Below are positions 12,049-23,835 of a DNA stretch of 64,000 nt, one piece after another. Source of the DNA: Blasia pusilla (taxonomy: Eukaryota); assembly GCA_050084515.1 (NCBI GenBank), contig CM114271.1, positions 41,106,001-41,170,000 on the forward strand, in the 5' to 3' direction. The notes under the pieces were generated by a model. That model had not been told where the DNA came from, ran no database searches, and was given only the letters and a program-made list of their open reading frames with translations. Position 1 is the stretch's first letter, and the number at the start of each line of letters is the position of its first letter. A program made the translations under genes and the position numbers.

Positions 12049-14163
12049 TCAAAGACTGTGTCGTCGATGCATGTGTTCCTCCTTGCGACTCAACGCATCT
12101 GGAATCACATTATCTTTACCTGGTTTGTGAATCAACTCAACATCCATCAGCGCCAAGGTATCATGCGATCGCAGTTGTTTCGGTGTCACTCGATCCTGGG
12201 TCTCAAAACACTTGAGTGATATATTATCGGTGAATACTCGAGTCTTGTGGAGCCCTAAATAATGCCACCACTTCCTCAAGCAATGGACCACCGCGAACAA
12301 CTCTTTCTCGTGAGTGGGCCATCTCCTTTCAGTATCGCTAAGCTTCTTGCTCTCGTATGCTATAGGTCTCCCTTCTTTCACCAACATTCCTGCAACTGCA
12401 AAATCACTAGCATCGGTATGCACTTCAAAAGGTTTGTCAAACTTTGGGAGCTTCAATACTGGTTCTTGCAATAGAATCTGCTTCACTCGGCTGAGTGCCT
12501 CATTAACTTCCTGGGTCCAAGTCATGTTGGCAAACTTTGCTGTCCAATCCGTGAGAGGTCTCACAATTCCCAAAATTTTTTTCACATAAGTGCGATAGAA
12601 CTGCACCGCACCTATGAACCTCCTCATCCCCTTTACGGTGGATGGGGGTTCCCACTTGACAATCGCTTTCACCTTCTCCATGTCCGGACTCACGCCATCT
12701 GCACTAACCAGATGACCCAAGAATTTGATCTTGCTCAACCTGAAGTCACTCTTCTCTATATTCGCATACAGCTGATTCGCCCTTAGCTTTGACAAAACCG
12801 CTCTCACATGCCGAGTGTGCTCCTCTAAGGACTTTGAATAGATAAGTATGTCATCAATATAGATAATAACATACTCATCCATTTCCTAGTAAAAAATGGA
12901 GTTCATCAATGTGGTGAACGTCGGAGGCACATTACACAAACCGAAAGGCATCACTACAAACTCAAAGGAACCGTATCTTTTCCTACACACAGTCTTCTTC
13001 ACATCTGCCTCGGCAATCCGGATCTGGTAATATCCTGACTTCAAGTCTATCCTTCTGAAATATCTCGCGCCTGCCAGCCTATCGAAGAGATCATCTATCC
13101 TCGGAAGAGGATAATTGTTCTCAACCGTCACTTTATTCAACGCACGGTAATCAACACATAGCCTCATCTTTCCATCCTTCTTCTTCACAAAAAGAACAAG
13201 TGCTCCATAAGGTGATTTGCTAGTCCTAATGTAACCCTTTTCCAACAGCTCACTTAACTGCCTTTTCAACTCAAGAAGTTCCTCCTCCTGATTCAACCTA
13301 TATGGTGCTTTTGAAGGTGGTTGGGAACCAGGTATGATCTCTATCTTATGGTTGACGGCTCTATATGGCGGCAACTCAGTCGGAAGCTCATTTGTCAAGA
13401 CATCCTCAAACTCCTTGACCACTTCTTGGAGTGGTTCTGGGATCCCTCTTGAAGCAGTGTCTTGATCTCTACGTATTCTGCTTGTAGCCTCCTCCACTTG
13501 TCTCAACAAGCAGAGAAACCCATTCTCCAACTCAGTCATGCTTCTCCTTGTAATCGAGTTCACTAACTCCTTTTTCGCTGGAATCTCACGGACCAACTGC
13601 TGCAACCGTTTTCCTTTTAGCAAGACGCTCAACCTCAAGGGTCTATGTCTTAACTCCACCTCATACGCATCTAGGAATGTATTCCCCAAGACTCCGTCAA
13701 TGCCATCCATTTCGCACATAGTGAAATTCTCCTTCAACTCGAATACCCTGCATCCTACGATCAACCCCAAGACCAACTCAGAAGTCCGATGAGACTTGCC
13801 TCTTGCAAATCCTACTCGAATGGGCTCATCCTCCTTAGAGGTAGACAACCCCAGTTCCTTCATGATTCTCAGGCTTACGAAGGAGTGCGAAGCACCTGTA
13901 TCCACGAGCAACAACACATCGCGATCAGCAATCTTGGATCTTAAGTACACCAAATTGTGTGTCCTCTTGGTGACCTGAAGGGATGTCTCAAGATCACCCG
14001 CCAATAGATGCTTAGCAGAAAACTCAATCATACTCCCATTACTAACCTTCAGTTTCAAACACACTTTCGCCCGGTGCGGCCGTTTGCCACAGTTGTAGCA
14101 TATGACCTTGCCGTTCCCTGACTTTGAGTGCTGTCCTCCTCTCGGCTTTGCATGAAGTTCCAC
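12049..14163 (-). pseudogene. Zinc knuckle-protease-RT-RNase H of chromovirus pol (stop near 12885)
   Basis: [78 protein letters not shown]. Confidence 0.95.
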
Positions 14164-14999
14164 TCATTTCTTTTGCCGAGGCGGCGACTCTCTGGATTGT
14201 GCAGGCCCCCACTCCAAACTCTTTTGAACGTCTCCTTATTTTTCGACTTCTTCGAAAAACCTTTTGGCTCAAAGGGTTTCTGGGTTTGGACTTCATCTTC
14301 CCCAATCCGCTCCTCTAGCTTCAGAAGATCCGTGCAGGTATCCGGCAATGTCGGCATTCGGTAAAGGGCCTTTTCAGCGCTTGGCTTGAGTCCACTAATG
14401 AAGATAGCCTTCTTCGCGTGCTCATCCATCTTTGGAAGAGAAGTCAGTTTTGCACTAAACTCCCTCACATACGCGCTTAAGGAAACACTGTGTCGCATCT
14501 GCACCCATTCCACCGCGTTGCACAACCCTTGGTACTCCGGAGTGAATTGATCACCAATCAACACCTTAAACTTCTCCCAACTCAGAGGTGACTCGCCGGC
14601 CAGATATTCCTCTCGTTGAGCTATCCACCATTGTAACGCATGATCCTTCAGGAAAGTAACGGCTACCGTCACCTTGTCCTGCTCAACTGCCCTATGCGCC
14701 TTGAAGTACAGTTCCAGTTCCTTAAGGAAATCCTTCACTTTCCGCAAGCGCCCCATCCCAATGAATGGCGTGGGCAGGTTTGTCTTGCAGAGCTTTTTGC
14801 CCACACCCAAAGTTCGAGTGGCCTCTAACTCTGCAATCCGCTTGCTTTGCTGGGACAACTGCTCTACCAACAACTTCAACAAGTCCAACGTCTGCCTTGA
14901 CTCAGTCGGTTCCCCTGGGTTTGGGCCCGATGGCCCCGTGGAAGGATTTGCCTCTGGAACGTCCTCACGTCTGGCGTTCACCTCTTTGGAAATCTCCAT
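14055..14999 (-). CDS. Chromovirus gag (capsid), frameshifted relative to the zinc knuckle/pol
   Basis: 314-aa ORF with Ty3-type gag motifs ([32 protein letters not shown]) directly downstream of the PBS. Confidence 0.85.
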   Translation of the reverse strand: MEISKEVNARREDVPEANPSTGPSGPNPGEPTESRQTLDLLKLLVEQLSQQSKRIAELEATRTLGVGKKLCKTNLPTPFIGMGRLRKVKDFLKELELYFKAHRAVEQDKVTVAVTFLKDHALQWWIAQREEYLAGESPLSWEKFKVLIGDQFTPEYQGLCNAVEWVQMRHSVSLSAYVREFSAKLTSLPKMDEHAKKAIFISGLKPSAEKALYRMPTLPDTCTDLLKLEERIGEDEVQTQKPFEPKGFSKKSKNKETFKRVWSGGLHNPESRRLGKRNEWNFMQSREEDSTQSQGTARSYATTVANGRTGRKCV

Positions 15000-15226
15000 C
15001 TCCTCTATACATCACGGTTCGGCATTGGTTCCTCTCTTGATTCACGTCGCTTGATTCGGCGCTCCTTGGGTGTTTCTCCCTCGATCACCATTTCCAAGCC
15101 AACTCACTCAGATCTCCTCCTCGTTTCTTGCGTCTCTCCTCGAGCGTATGAGTCTAGCCGCTACCTTGAGTTTTCCCAAGAGTCCGGTTGATCCCACGAC
15201 CCCAACTTCTCGCTCACCAAGGATTA

Positions 15227-15238
15227 GCTCTGATACCA
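15227..15238 (-). promoter_or_regulatory. Primer binding site for initiator tRNA-Met
   Basis: Minus strand TGGTATCAGAGC, 2 nt inside the 5' LTR. Confidence 0.95.
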
Positions 15239-15240
15239 CT

Positions 15241-16246
15241 TGTCGCGCCCCTACTCTCCTTGAACGTCAGTCTTTATTTTTGCGGAAGCGTACGTTCACT
15301 AGGACACGATCTCATCGCCGATCTGCATCCAAACACGCACTCTCGTTAGTAAGGTCTGGGCCAACCAGCGTTCCAACCCACCGAGTTCTCAACTTGGCAT
15401 CCCATCAAGCTCAACCTTCCTTACTTCCTAGTTTCCAAAACATGGCAAGTTCTTCAAGACTTGGAACAGACTTCTTGATTAGTCCAGGAACCTAAAACGG
15501 CACTTGCGTGCCTAGCGATCCCAACTGTTCAACGGACCTCGTGTGAGTTCCAAACCGAGACCCAAGTAATTGAGTCGCGGGGTGAAATCCAAGAGGGATG
15601 TCTAAAATTGCCTCCATAGACTTGGTTCAGGTTTTCAAACCCAACCCCAAACTCTCGGTCCATTCCATGCTGCCCCATGGCGCCCAAAGTGGGGTTTGAG
15701 TTCCAAGCACTCTCGGAGACCTTCCCCCTTACTAGTACTTTTGGGGTTCTCCAAACCCCCCCCCCCCCTCCCCCCCGTTTGGCAAAGGAGGGTCGGGCCC
15801 TTCGTTGTGGCCCTCAACCCGACTCTACTTACAGTAGTTTCCGGGTTTTTTCTCAGCCGTTGCTTATGCGTTTGCAAAGATCTTTAGTGTGTTTGAACCG
15901 TCTTTCCATAAGTCTTCCAACACACCCTTGTTCGATCCAAACGCATCTTGGCGCTAAAAGTTATGGCCATAAATATAGTCAAAAACTCTCAAAGGCTAGT
16001 GGCGTTCCAAATCCGGATTCTTCCTTTGGCAACCTTCTTCCTAGACTCAACTCCTTTCAAGTGTTGTTCCGCGTTTGGTCCACGTTTCTCAATCGCGACC
16101 ATAACATCTGAATAGCGAAGCCTTGCTTGCGTCTAGTCTCTTGTCTCTTCTTTGAGACCATTCCAACGCGCAAACCATCTTAGCGTGAGTGCGCTAATGT
16201 TCCGATGTTCCGCTTTGGCACTCGTTTGGTCATGAGGGTCGCGACA
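15241..16246 (-). repeat. 5' LTR of chromovirus
   Basis: Direct repeat of 8876-9874 with scattered substitutions and small indels. Confidence 0.97.
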
Positions 16247-17423
16247 GCCATAGTCGTTATGTGTTGGTGATGGTCGAGCAATTCTTGAAGTGAATAGAGT
16301 TGGTTGCATTGTTTGACAAAGCGAGTGAGGGAGTAGCGTATGCCTTCCTAGATCGGGTGCTAAGTCATTACGGCGCACTAGCTGAGGTGTTGACAGACAA
16401 GGGTACAGAGTTTTGCCGGGAGTTTCAGGCCTTGTGTGATGAGGCGTTGATCGACCACAACACCACTTTGCGAGATCATCTTGAGGCGGATGGACTAGCG
16501 GAGAGGGTTGTGCAAACGGTGAAGAGAGGATTGTGCAAGTATGGCTTGCAGAAAGGTTACCTAGGATATTGGGACCTCCATTTTCCATGGTTGGCGATGG
16601 GATATAGATTCAGCAAGCATGCATCTTTAGCGTAGTTTTCACCGTACTTGCTACTCTATGGCCGAGAGCCAGATTTACGTACGGCCATTCGTCGAGATGT
16701 TGGTGAGGTGTTGAACCTTGATGACCCTGATGTATGGATGCGAGCATGTTCTCAGAGGGCTGAGTTGTTTCGGAGAGTGATGCCCATGGCATTTGAGAAC
16801 TTGGCAATTACGTAGCATCGAGATACATTGAGTTATGCGATTCTTCGAGGAGGTGGTTATCGACCTACAATCCGGAGGTTCCACCAGGGAGACTATGTCT
16901 ACTTGCAGAAAATGACATCCATGACATTTGATGTGATTGCAGGGCGCACTATATTGAGAGTGCGTGAGGTTTTGCCATCTTGTGTTCTTTTGTTGGAGGG
17001 ATGCGATGGTATGGTGTGGAAGGACCATGTGCGTAATTGTGCGCCATGTCACCTTCCTAATATGGATGATATCGTAGATCCGAGCTTAGCAGTAGTTACT
17101 ACATGCTTGCAATACATGTTGTGAGGTTCTGCCCCTCGTGGAGCCACTATGCTAGTTTATGATGGATGTTCGAAAGAATCGCATATGGCATGTTTGACGC
17201 CCACTTGTTACTAGGGTTCCTCAGGGACGATGGATGTTTACCAAATATACATAGAGTACGTAGTTCTAGATTTCGACTTGTCTCTATGACATGGATGACA
17301 AGAAGGTGACAAACGATGGGGTCACATGAGCACTCGAATTTTTTGCTCTTAGCGTCCGAGAGATGTATGTCATGGTAGGTAGGGATAGATGGTTATCTGG
17401 AGTTAGAGAGACCTAACCACCAG

Positions 17424-17562
17424 CTAAGGGGGCGATTGGAGATATTTCGGTACTTCTCGTCTCGTTGTTTGGATGCCATGAGTTAGCATGGGATCGTGTG
17501 TGTTTGTGTATATGTTTGGTGATAGCAATGTATGTTGTGTAGCGATGTGTATGCGCATGACA
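17424..17562 (+). repeat. PPT-like tract plus short 3' repeat B (subfamily 1) of element B
   Basis: CTAAGGGGGGCGA followed by ~126 bp matching 59-186, ending GACA. Unrelated AT-rich DNA follows. Confidence 0.8.
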
Positions 17563-20500
17563 TCTTTTTGTTTAGCTGACCATGTATTATGAGATACACT
17601 ATAGTATATATTTCCTTTCGTTTTCCTAATTGAATTGGTCCAGGTATAAAAGAAATGTCTTGATACGTATTGTATATCTCTGTTTATATTGCATGTTATT
17701 ATATGCATAAAGGATTGTTCATATGTAAGAATCTATCCGCACGTACATTAGACATACCTTCTATATTTTTTATTTTAAATACCTATATAAATATAAATAT
17801 AAATATATTTAGAGACATCAAAATGAATCCATTGTAATGCATGGAAATGAGGAGATACTTTTTTCACCTGAACGTATCTATTCCTTATACTAATATTTCT
17901 ACCTTAGTACAAACCCTTACAAATCGTCTCTCCATTTATACCTCTTACAACAATCTTCTTACAAGCCTCTTTGTAATCTAAACATCTTTATAAAGGGATC
18001 TTATATGTATAGATATATACCCTAATTGTATAATGTCTAAAACCCTCATAGTGTAATCCTTAACACAAATGGTCCTTATAAAAGATCTTAAACCCTCTTG
18101 AAAAGGAAATTTTTAGAGATAAGAAACATCTCCTTGAAAAAATAAATATTATCCACCATTTCATAAAAGTCCTTCGCTTATGTATAACCTATATCACACA
18201 CAAAGAACCCTTACGAATTTTCTGAAAGCCTCAAAAAAAAGAAAAACCCTTAAAGAAATTCAAACCGGGCCTCTCACAAAAGGAAACTATGTATTTAGAA
18301 AATATTTCTCTTCAAGATTTGTATTTTTTTCCCTTTCCTAGGGCCATCACATCTCGTATCACATTAGTTATAATATAGATGGATGAAACGATTAACGTCT
18401 GGGAGCCACTAGCTTATGGCTTGAGAGTTCAATAAAGAGTGTAGGGTAGTGGGCGTTTAGATCCAAGTTGGAAATTAGCTTTCTGAGGAAAAAAAGAATA
18501 GTATATCTACATAGTTGATGTGGAGAAATGTTTTATGAATGAAGAGTATGAATGTTTGAAGTGAAAAGATATAATCTATCTACACTACTAAGAGAGGACA
18601 CCTTCTTGATTGGTCCATAACCTCCAATGCATGAAATTTGTTATCCTTGCAAAAAAAGTTTTTACACAATTCAAAAAAAAATAAAAAAATGTATAAGACA
18701 TTCCCCACTCACATGAGAATCATGAACAAACCTAGTAATTTTATGCATTACACACTTTTTCATATTGATATATTAAGATTAATGCTGCATCACACATATA
18801 AACTTAAGATTAAAGTTGGCATGTGATGTAATCAAACTTATAAGTGTAAATTACCTATACAAGGCATGAAGAAATAAATTTCAAATAGAGAAGTGAAGGG
18901 AAATCTTTTTGTTGCCTCCCTAGAGCAGAAACATTTTTTTATTGCCCAATTGGCACATGTCAAGCAAGAAAGTGTATGCAAATAAAAAAAACACTCTCCC
19001 GTAATAATATAAATTATAATATAACTAATGTAAAATACCTACAAATGAAACATTAGGAAAATTAGACATCTTCGATCTTTCAAAATTTTGAATTTACAAA
19101 GATATACAAATATAGATAATTAAAAACACTAATTTAGAACCCCATCACAATATCAGGAGATTAACAAATCAGTAAAAAACCTCAATTTTCGAGTTTTGTC
19201 CACAAAAGCGGTACACCACCATGACACCACGTGGTAAGAATGTCACTAGAGATAATGCGTACATGAGCTGATCTCCGTATGTGCGGTGAATCGAAATCAA
19301 TAATGGAAGCCTGACTTAGACTGACTTGACTCACTGAAGAAGAATCTAGTGAGATCTGAGACTCCATTGAAGTAAGTACAATCCCAACGTGTCTGAGTTT
19401 TCTTACTTCTCTTGCGGAAAACGAAAAAACTACAACTGATCGAAAGTCAGGGTATCGTCGGCTTCCGTTCCGCTGGTGCGTTCATGCGATGGGACCAGTC
19501 GCCATTTCCTGTCACGTTGACGAGCGAGAGCTACGAAACGATACTGGCGGGAAGACGAGATCATATGTCAATGTCAGTTGTGACAGGGAGGGACCAGGAC
19601 AGCGAAGAAGACGAAGAAGCCATTTCATTCGCAACTTTCACATTCCATGGGAACATTCTTTACAACAGCCTCGGGGAGACTTCACCACCATCGACGCGGT
19701 CTGTGGACGTCGATTCGTTTATCGCGCTTCACCGCGAAACTGCCTTCGCGCTAGCGCGTGCCGTTAGCATCGTCACGTCCAAGAAATTCAACGCCGCAGT
19801 GAAATGAAATGGAAAAATCCCATGTCCCAGTGTGCGGTTTCGCCTCCGCCAAATTAGATGCCACAGTGAAACGAACGGAACAGCTGAGTGGAATCGAATT
19901 AGGAATGTTCTAGATGTGTAGGCGATTCGTGGTCGGATCTACACTCTAATGAGGTGAAAATGCATGCGGATTCGTCGATTGACCCCGAAGAATAGAACCG
20001 AAGAAATGCATTGACGATGGCTAGCTGTGCCAAGCCACAACGCGGGCACACGGATCGAGTCGCACGGGGTTAGAGCCAGGGAGCGTTATGACAGATGGGG
20101 GTTAGTTAGGTTAATAATTCTGTATTAGGGTATAATTAGGCCACGACCACTGAAATAAGTGTCTCCAGAGCATGATTAATATGGTGGCCTATTTTGCCAG
20201 AAGCGGAGCTGTCTCTTAAAGAGGTGGCAGGCTATTTTGGGGATGTTTCTAAAAGTAGAATAGAGAGAGGCTCCTGCCCGACAGGATGGGGACGTACTTC
20301 ATCAATGCGATTACTAGAAAATAAGTTCTTCCGATAATCGCATTAACACATTGAGTTAATGACCTCCATGGGAGCCCAATGCGGAGCTGTCCCTCCGAGG
20401 CTCTCGGGTTGTGGGCAGTTAGGGTTTCATTGCGGACAGGGAGAAAGAGGAGTTGGCCATGAAAGAGATGACTATGGCGGGCGAGCGATAATGAAGAGAG

Positions 20501-21720
20501 ACGTCAGAGGCGCGAGGCGACTTTGGAGAAGAAGCCAGCTAGCTCTCTGTGTGGGCACTGGGCAGTAGAGAGAAAGAATGAAGATGGAAGGTTTTGATGG
20601 AGTGCAGGACAGGAGGATCGCTGGCAGTTTCCGAATGGCAGTTCTTTTCTTTTCTTTTTGGCGCCGTGCAGAGTGTGTGTGCGGGCTGTGGATCATTAGC
20701 GAGCAAGCTGCCGGAGGATTTCGTCCCCGGCATCTTTCTCGGGCCTAGGAGGTTAGTTCTGTTGTCTCGATACAGAGCCACCTTACTGCGCCGACCAATA
20801 ATAAATAATTAGGCCGATCGATGCGAACGAGCCCGGACGATAAGCGTCTTAATTAGTGGTTAAGCAGCGCGGGTTTGGGACGCCTGCTGGGTCCATGCTA
20901 CCGGTCGGGAATTTAGGACCTCTACTTGACGATCCCGGCAGGCTCACCTTCACGGTGGCCCATACCCGCACCCGATCTGCGGCCGGACCGGATATCCGGG
21001 GAGATCCCAAGTCCGCTGGTTTACATTGCCGCGCGTATAATCGTGTTCATCTGCATGCATGTAAGTGTGTGCACATGTCCCATTTTTAAAATTTGTTATA
21101 AATCCCGGTCCGCTGTCGTGTTCAACAACCGCTGTTCATTCTTCATTCTCTCCCGTCTGCCTTCAATCCCTGCCTCTCCGGCTCCACATTCTTGCGGCTC
21201 GTGGTGTTCCAATTGCTCACGGTGTTCATATCATTCGTTTTCCATTCCTTGACCTCTGTCACGCGATCAACACCTGCGTTTAGGATCAAGTTCATATGGT
21301 TTCTTTGGAAACGGCAATCTACAGAGGAGCGAACCAAGGATGAGCCGGCCTTGGAGGTTGTTGGACGCGTCCTCCATAGTCACACGGGTAACTACGCCCG
21401 TCGATTGAAGGACTCCAATGTCAATCATAGTGCCTTCACATTTTTATGATGCTTTTTCTTTTCACCTCCCCGCCTTTCACATTTTCTAATGCTGTACTTT
21501 GGGGTGCGTACTTTGGTGGTGTGCGTTTTAACGGTGTCCAACCCTTGCCGATCGATCGAGATCGATTGGCCTCCATCGATTGTCTACATTAGTTCCACAA
21601 GGAAGCATTCCTTGACTCCGTGATGGTAGAGATTGCAGTGGTCAAATTTGTGGCGCCGATTTTCCATCGGGCCCGTATATGCCGAAGCATTGAATTCGCC
21701 CCATCGTTCTGAGTGGACTA

Positions 21721-23535
21721 AATGGTTTCCACTAAAATGTCCCTAAAGCCATTAGTAAATCCAATGCTGAAGCTATCGTTTTTAACTTGTTTTTTCGTAC
21801 TTCACTTGTATTACCCTGATGGTTACGGAGCTGCTCACATGTATTACCCGACTTTTGTAGTTCCCTTCCGAGCGGATGTGTGGTAATTAGGATAATCCAT
21901 GGCCCGAGGGGCAATACAATGATAGAAATTGCAATTCACCTTGCTGGCAATGCATTCCTATTCTCGGTTGCTCACATGTATTACCCCTTTGTTCACATGT
22001 ATTACCCCAGATGTGTGGTAATCGGCCCGGTAATGGGATTCAGTTAATTGAGATTCAATGGAGTGTAAGCTCCGTGTAAAGTCTGCCATCCGCATTAATC
22101 TCCTCCGCAGCCCCATTCATCGTCAATCACATTAATAGTGAAGCACGGACTTCTTTTAAAAATATTCTCCAGTAATGTTGAATTTTTTGAAATCGTCTCC
22201 CGTACTGTCGAAGGAGCAGGAACGTTGAACCCTAGTGAGCGTTCTCCACTAACTTCGAAAGTGGATTTCTCTCTCCCGTGATTACAGAATGGTTTCCAAT
22301 TGAAATAACTAGAAGCCATTCCGTATTTCCAAGCTTGATGCGACTTATGTATTTGGCCTACCCGTTAGTCATCCTCAGCGGCTCTATATGGAGATCAGAT
22401 TCTACGGTTGGTAGTTTGTCCTCATGTTCTCCATATGCAAAGAATATCCTACGAAATTTAGGGAAGTTTAGTCAGATTGGTGTTTCCTAACGGCAACCCC
22501 TTCCGCACATAGTAGGTTGAAGGGACAATTCATGCGGCTTGTGGATAATGAATACCTTCCATACCCTAAGAAATCTCAACTAGGAATATTGAAAAAACAA
22601 CCAAGTGATATCCATGGGAGTGTAGCTTATCAAAAAAAATTCTCTCCCGCATGACTATGGTGGCCTTAAAGGATAAAGGTCATCTTATCCCACCGCAAAT
22701 GTTTGAATGGTTTCCAAAATGAAAACGTGGAAGCCATTCGGTACAATAAATACCTTTCATTTCTAGAAACTTTCATAAAATGTTAGGAAAATAACTACCA
22801 TATGGAAAGCCCATGGAAGTGTACATCATCCAAAATTTTCTTTTTCCCATAGTGAAAGCGATTGTCGAGTGGGAACCCCCATCCACTGTAAAGGGGATGA
22901 GGAGGTTCATAGGTGCGGTGCCGTTCCATGCACTTATGTGAAAAACTTTTCGGGAATTGTGAGACCTCTCACGGATTGGACAGCAAAGTTTGCCAACACG
23001 ACTTGGATCCAGGAAGTTAATATGACTCTAATGTCCTTGAAGGGTGGAAGTTATAATGCTCCCACTAAAATCATTGAATGGCGGATATATATGAATATAC
23101 ATTCATGGCACTATTGAACTTCTCAACTTTTTCCAGTAAGATGGAAAGTGGCCCTCCCTACTCCTCTGATCTCGAAATGGTTTCCATCTGATAACGCGAA
23201 AGCCATTCTGCACATACAAGCTTGAAGCGACAATATATGTGAATTGTCACTTCTATGCTCCAAACAGATCTATTCCACTACAATGGTTGGAAGATCATTC
23301 TGCTCCTACCACAAATGATTGATTGGTTTCCAATATGTGAAATAGGAAGGCATTATGCACAAAGAATACCTCCCATTTCTAGAATCTTCAACTAAAGCAC
23401 TACCTTTAGGAAAACCCACCACAACTGATTGAATACTGAATGTCTAGTTCGTGTACATGAGTCATCATTTTTTTTGTAAACGCTCCGTATACAATTTGAT
23501 TGAATGGTTTCCGATAGAATACAATGGAAGCCATT
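21721..23535. repeat. Dispersed 33-bp imperfect inverted-repeat motif AATGGTTTCC-N15-AAGCCATT
   Basis: Copies start at 21721, 22288, 22706, 23176 (32 bp), 23322 and 23503, with a weaker copy at 30859. Confidence 0.7.
22852..23021 (+). mobile_element. Isolated ~170-bp fragment of the chromovirus RT/RNase H connection
   Basis: Highly similar to the reverse complement of ~12503-12672 (KAIVEWEPPSTVKGMRRFIGAV...). Confidence 0.9.
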
Positions 23536-23835
23536 CGGCACTGTTGAACACCTTCCATGTCCAAAAAAGTTAACCAAGGATTCAAATAGGACAGCCATGT
23601 ACAAAGACCCTGGGAGTGTATGATAAACGAACTCTCCCATGAGTGAAATGTATATGTGGTGTAGAAGTTTATCCATGAACTAATACTGTTGATTGATATG
23701 TATTGATATCGTATGCATATGTTCCTCCCATTACAAGATATGAAGATACGAAGTAGAAGAAAAGTATGGTTTGAAGCAATCACATAGAGAACAACTTGAA
23801 AATGCTCTATATATGGATTGCATGTCCAAAATACA

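Larger units (their letters stand above)
8876..16246 (-). mobile_element. Full-length chromovirus (chromodomain Ty3/Gypsy LTR retrotransposon), degenerate
   Basis: Two ~1-kb TG...CA LTRs, PBS-Met, PPT, target duplication tccat/gccat, and gag-PR-RT-RH-INT-chromodomain. Confidence 0.97.
7276..17562 (+). mobile_element. Element B: 3' part (RT-RNaseH-integrase-PHD-repeat B) of the same family, degenerate, split by a chromovirus
   Basis: RT (LDFARCYIDDIVVF), RNase H (LGAVLTQ..VAYAS..TDHEPLKWL), integrase 8600-8875 plus 16247-17100 (LTDKGTEF..GLAERVVQTVK), decayed PHD ~17100-17245, CTAAGGGGGGCGA, then repeat B ending ATGACA. Confidence 0.9.

Noticed and set aside
18570-19150. Possible Helitron 5' end (TCTATCTACACTACT) in AT-rich DNA
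   Set aside because: No matching 3' hairpin/CTRR end or Rep-helicase was identified.
21721-23535. CRISPR-like array
   Set aside because: Spacing is irregular (about 150-570 bp), the repeat cores vary, the context is eukaryotic and no cas genes are present.
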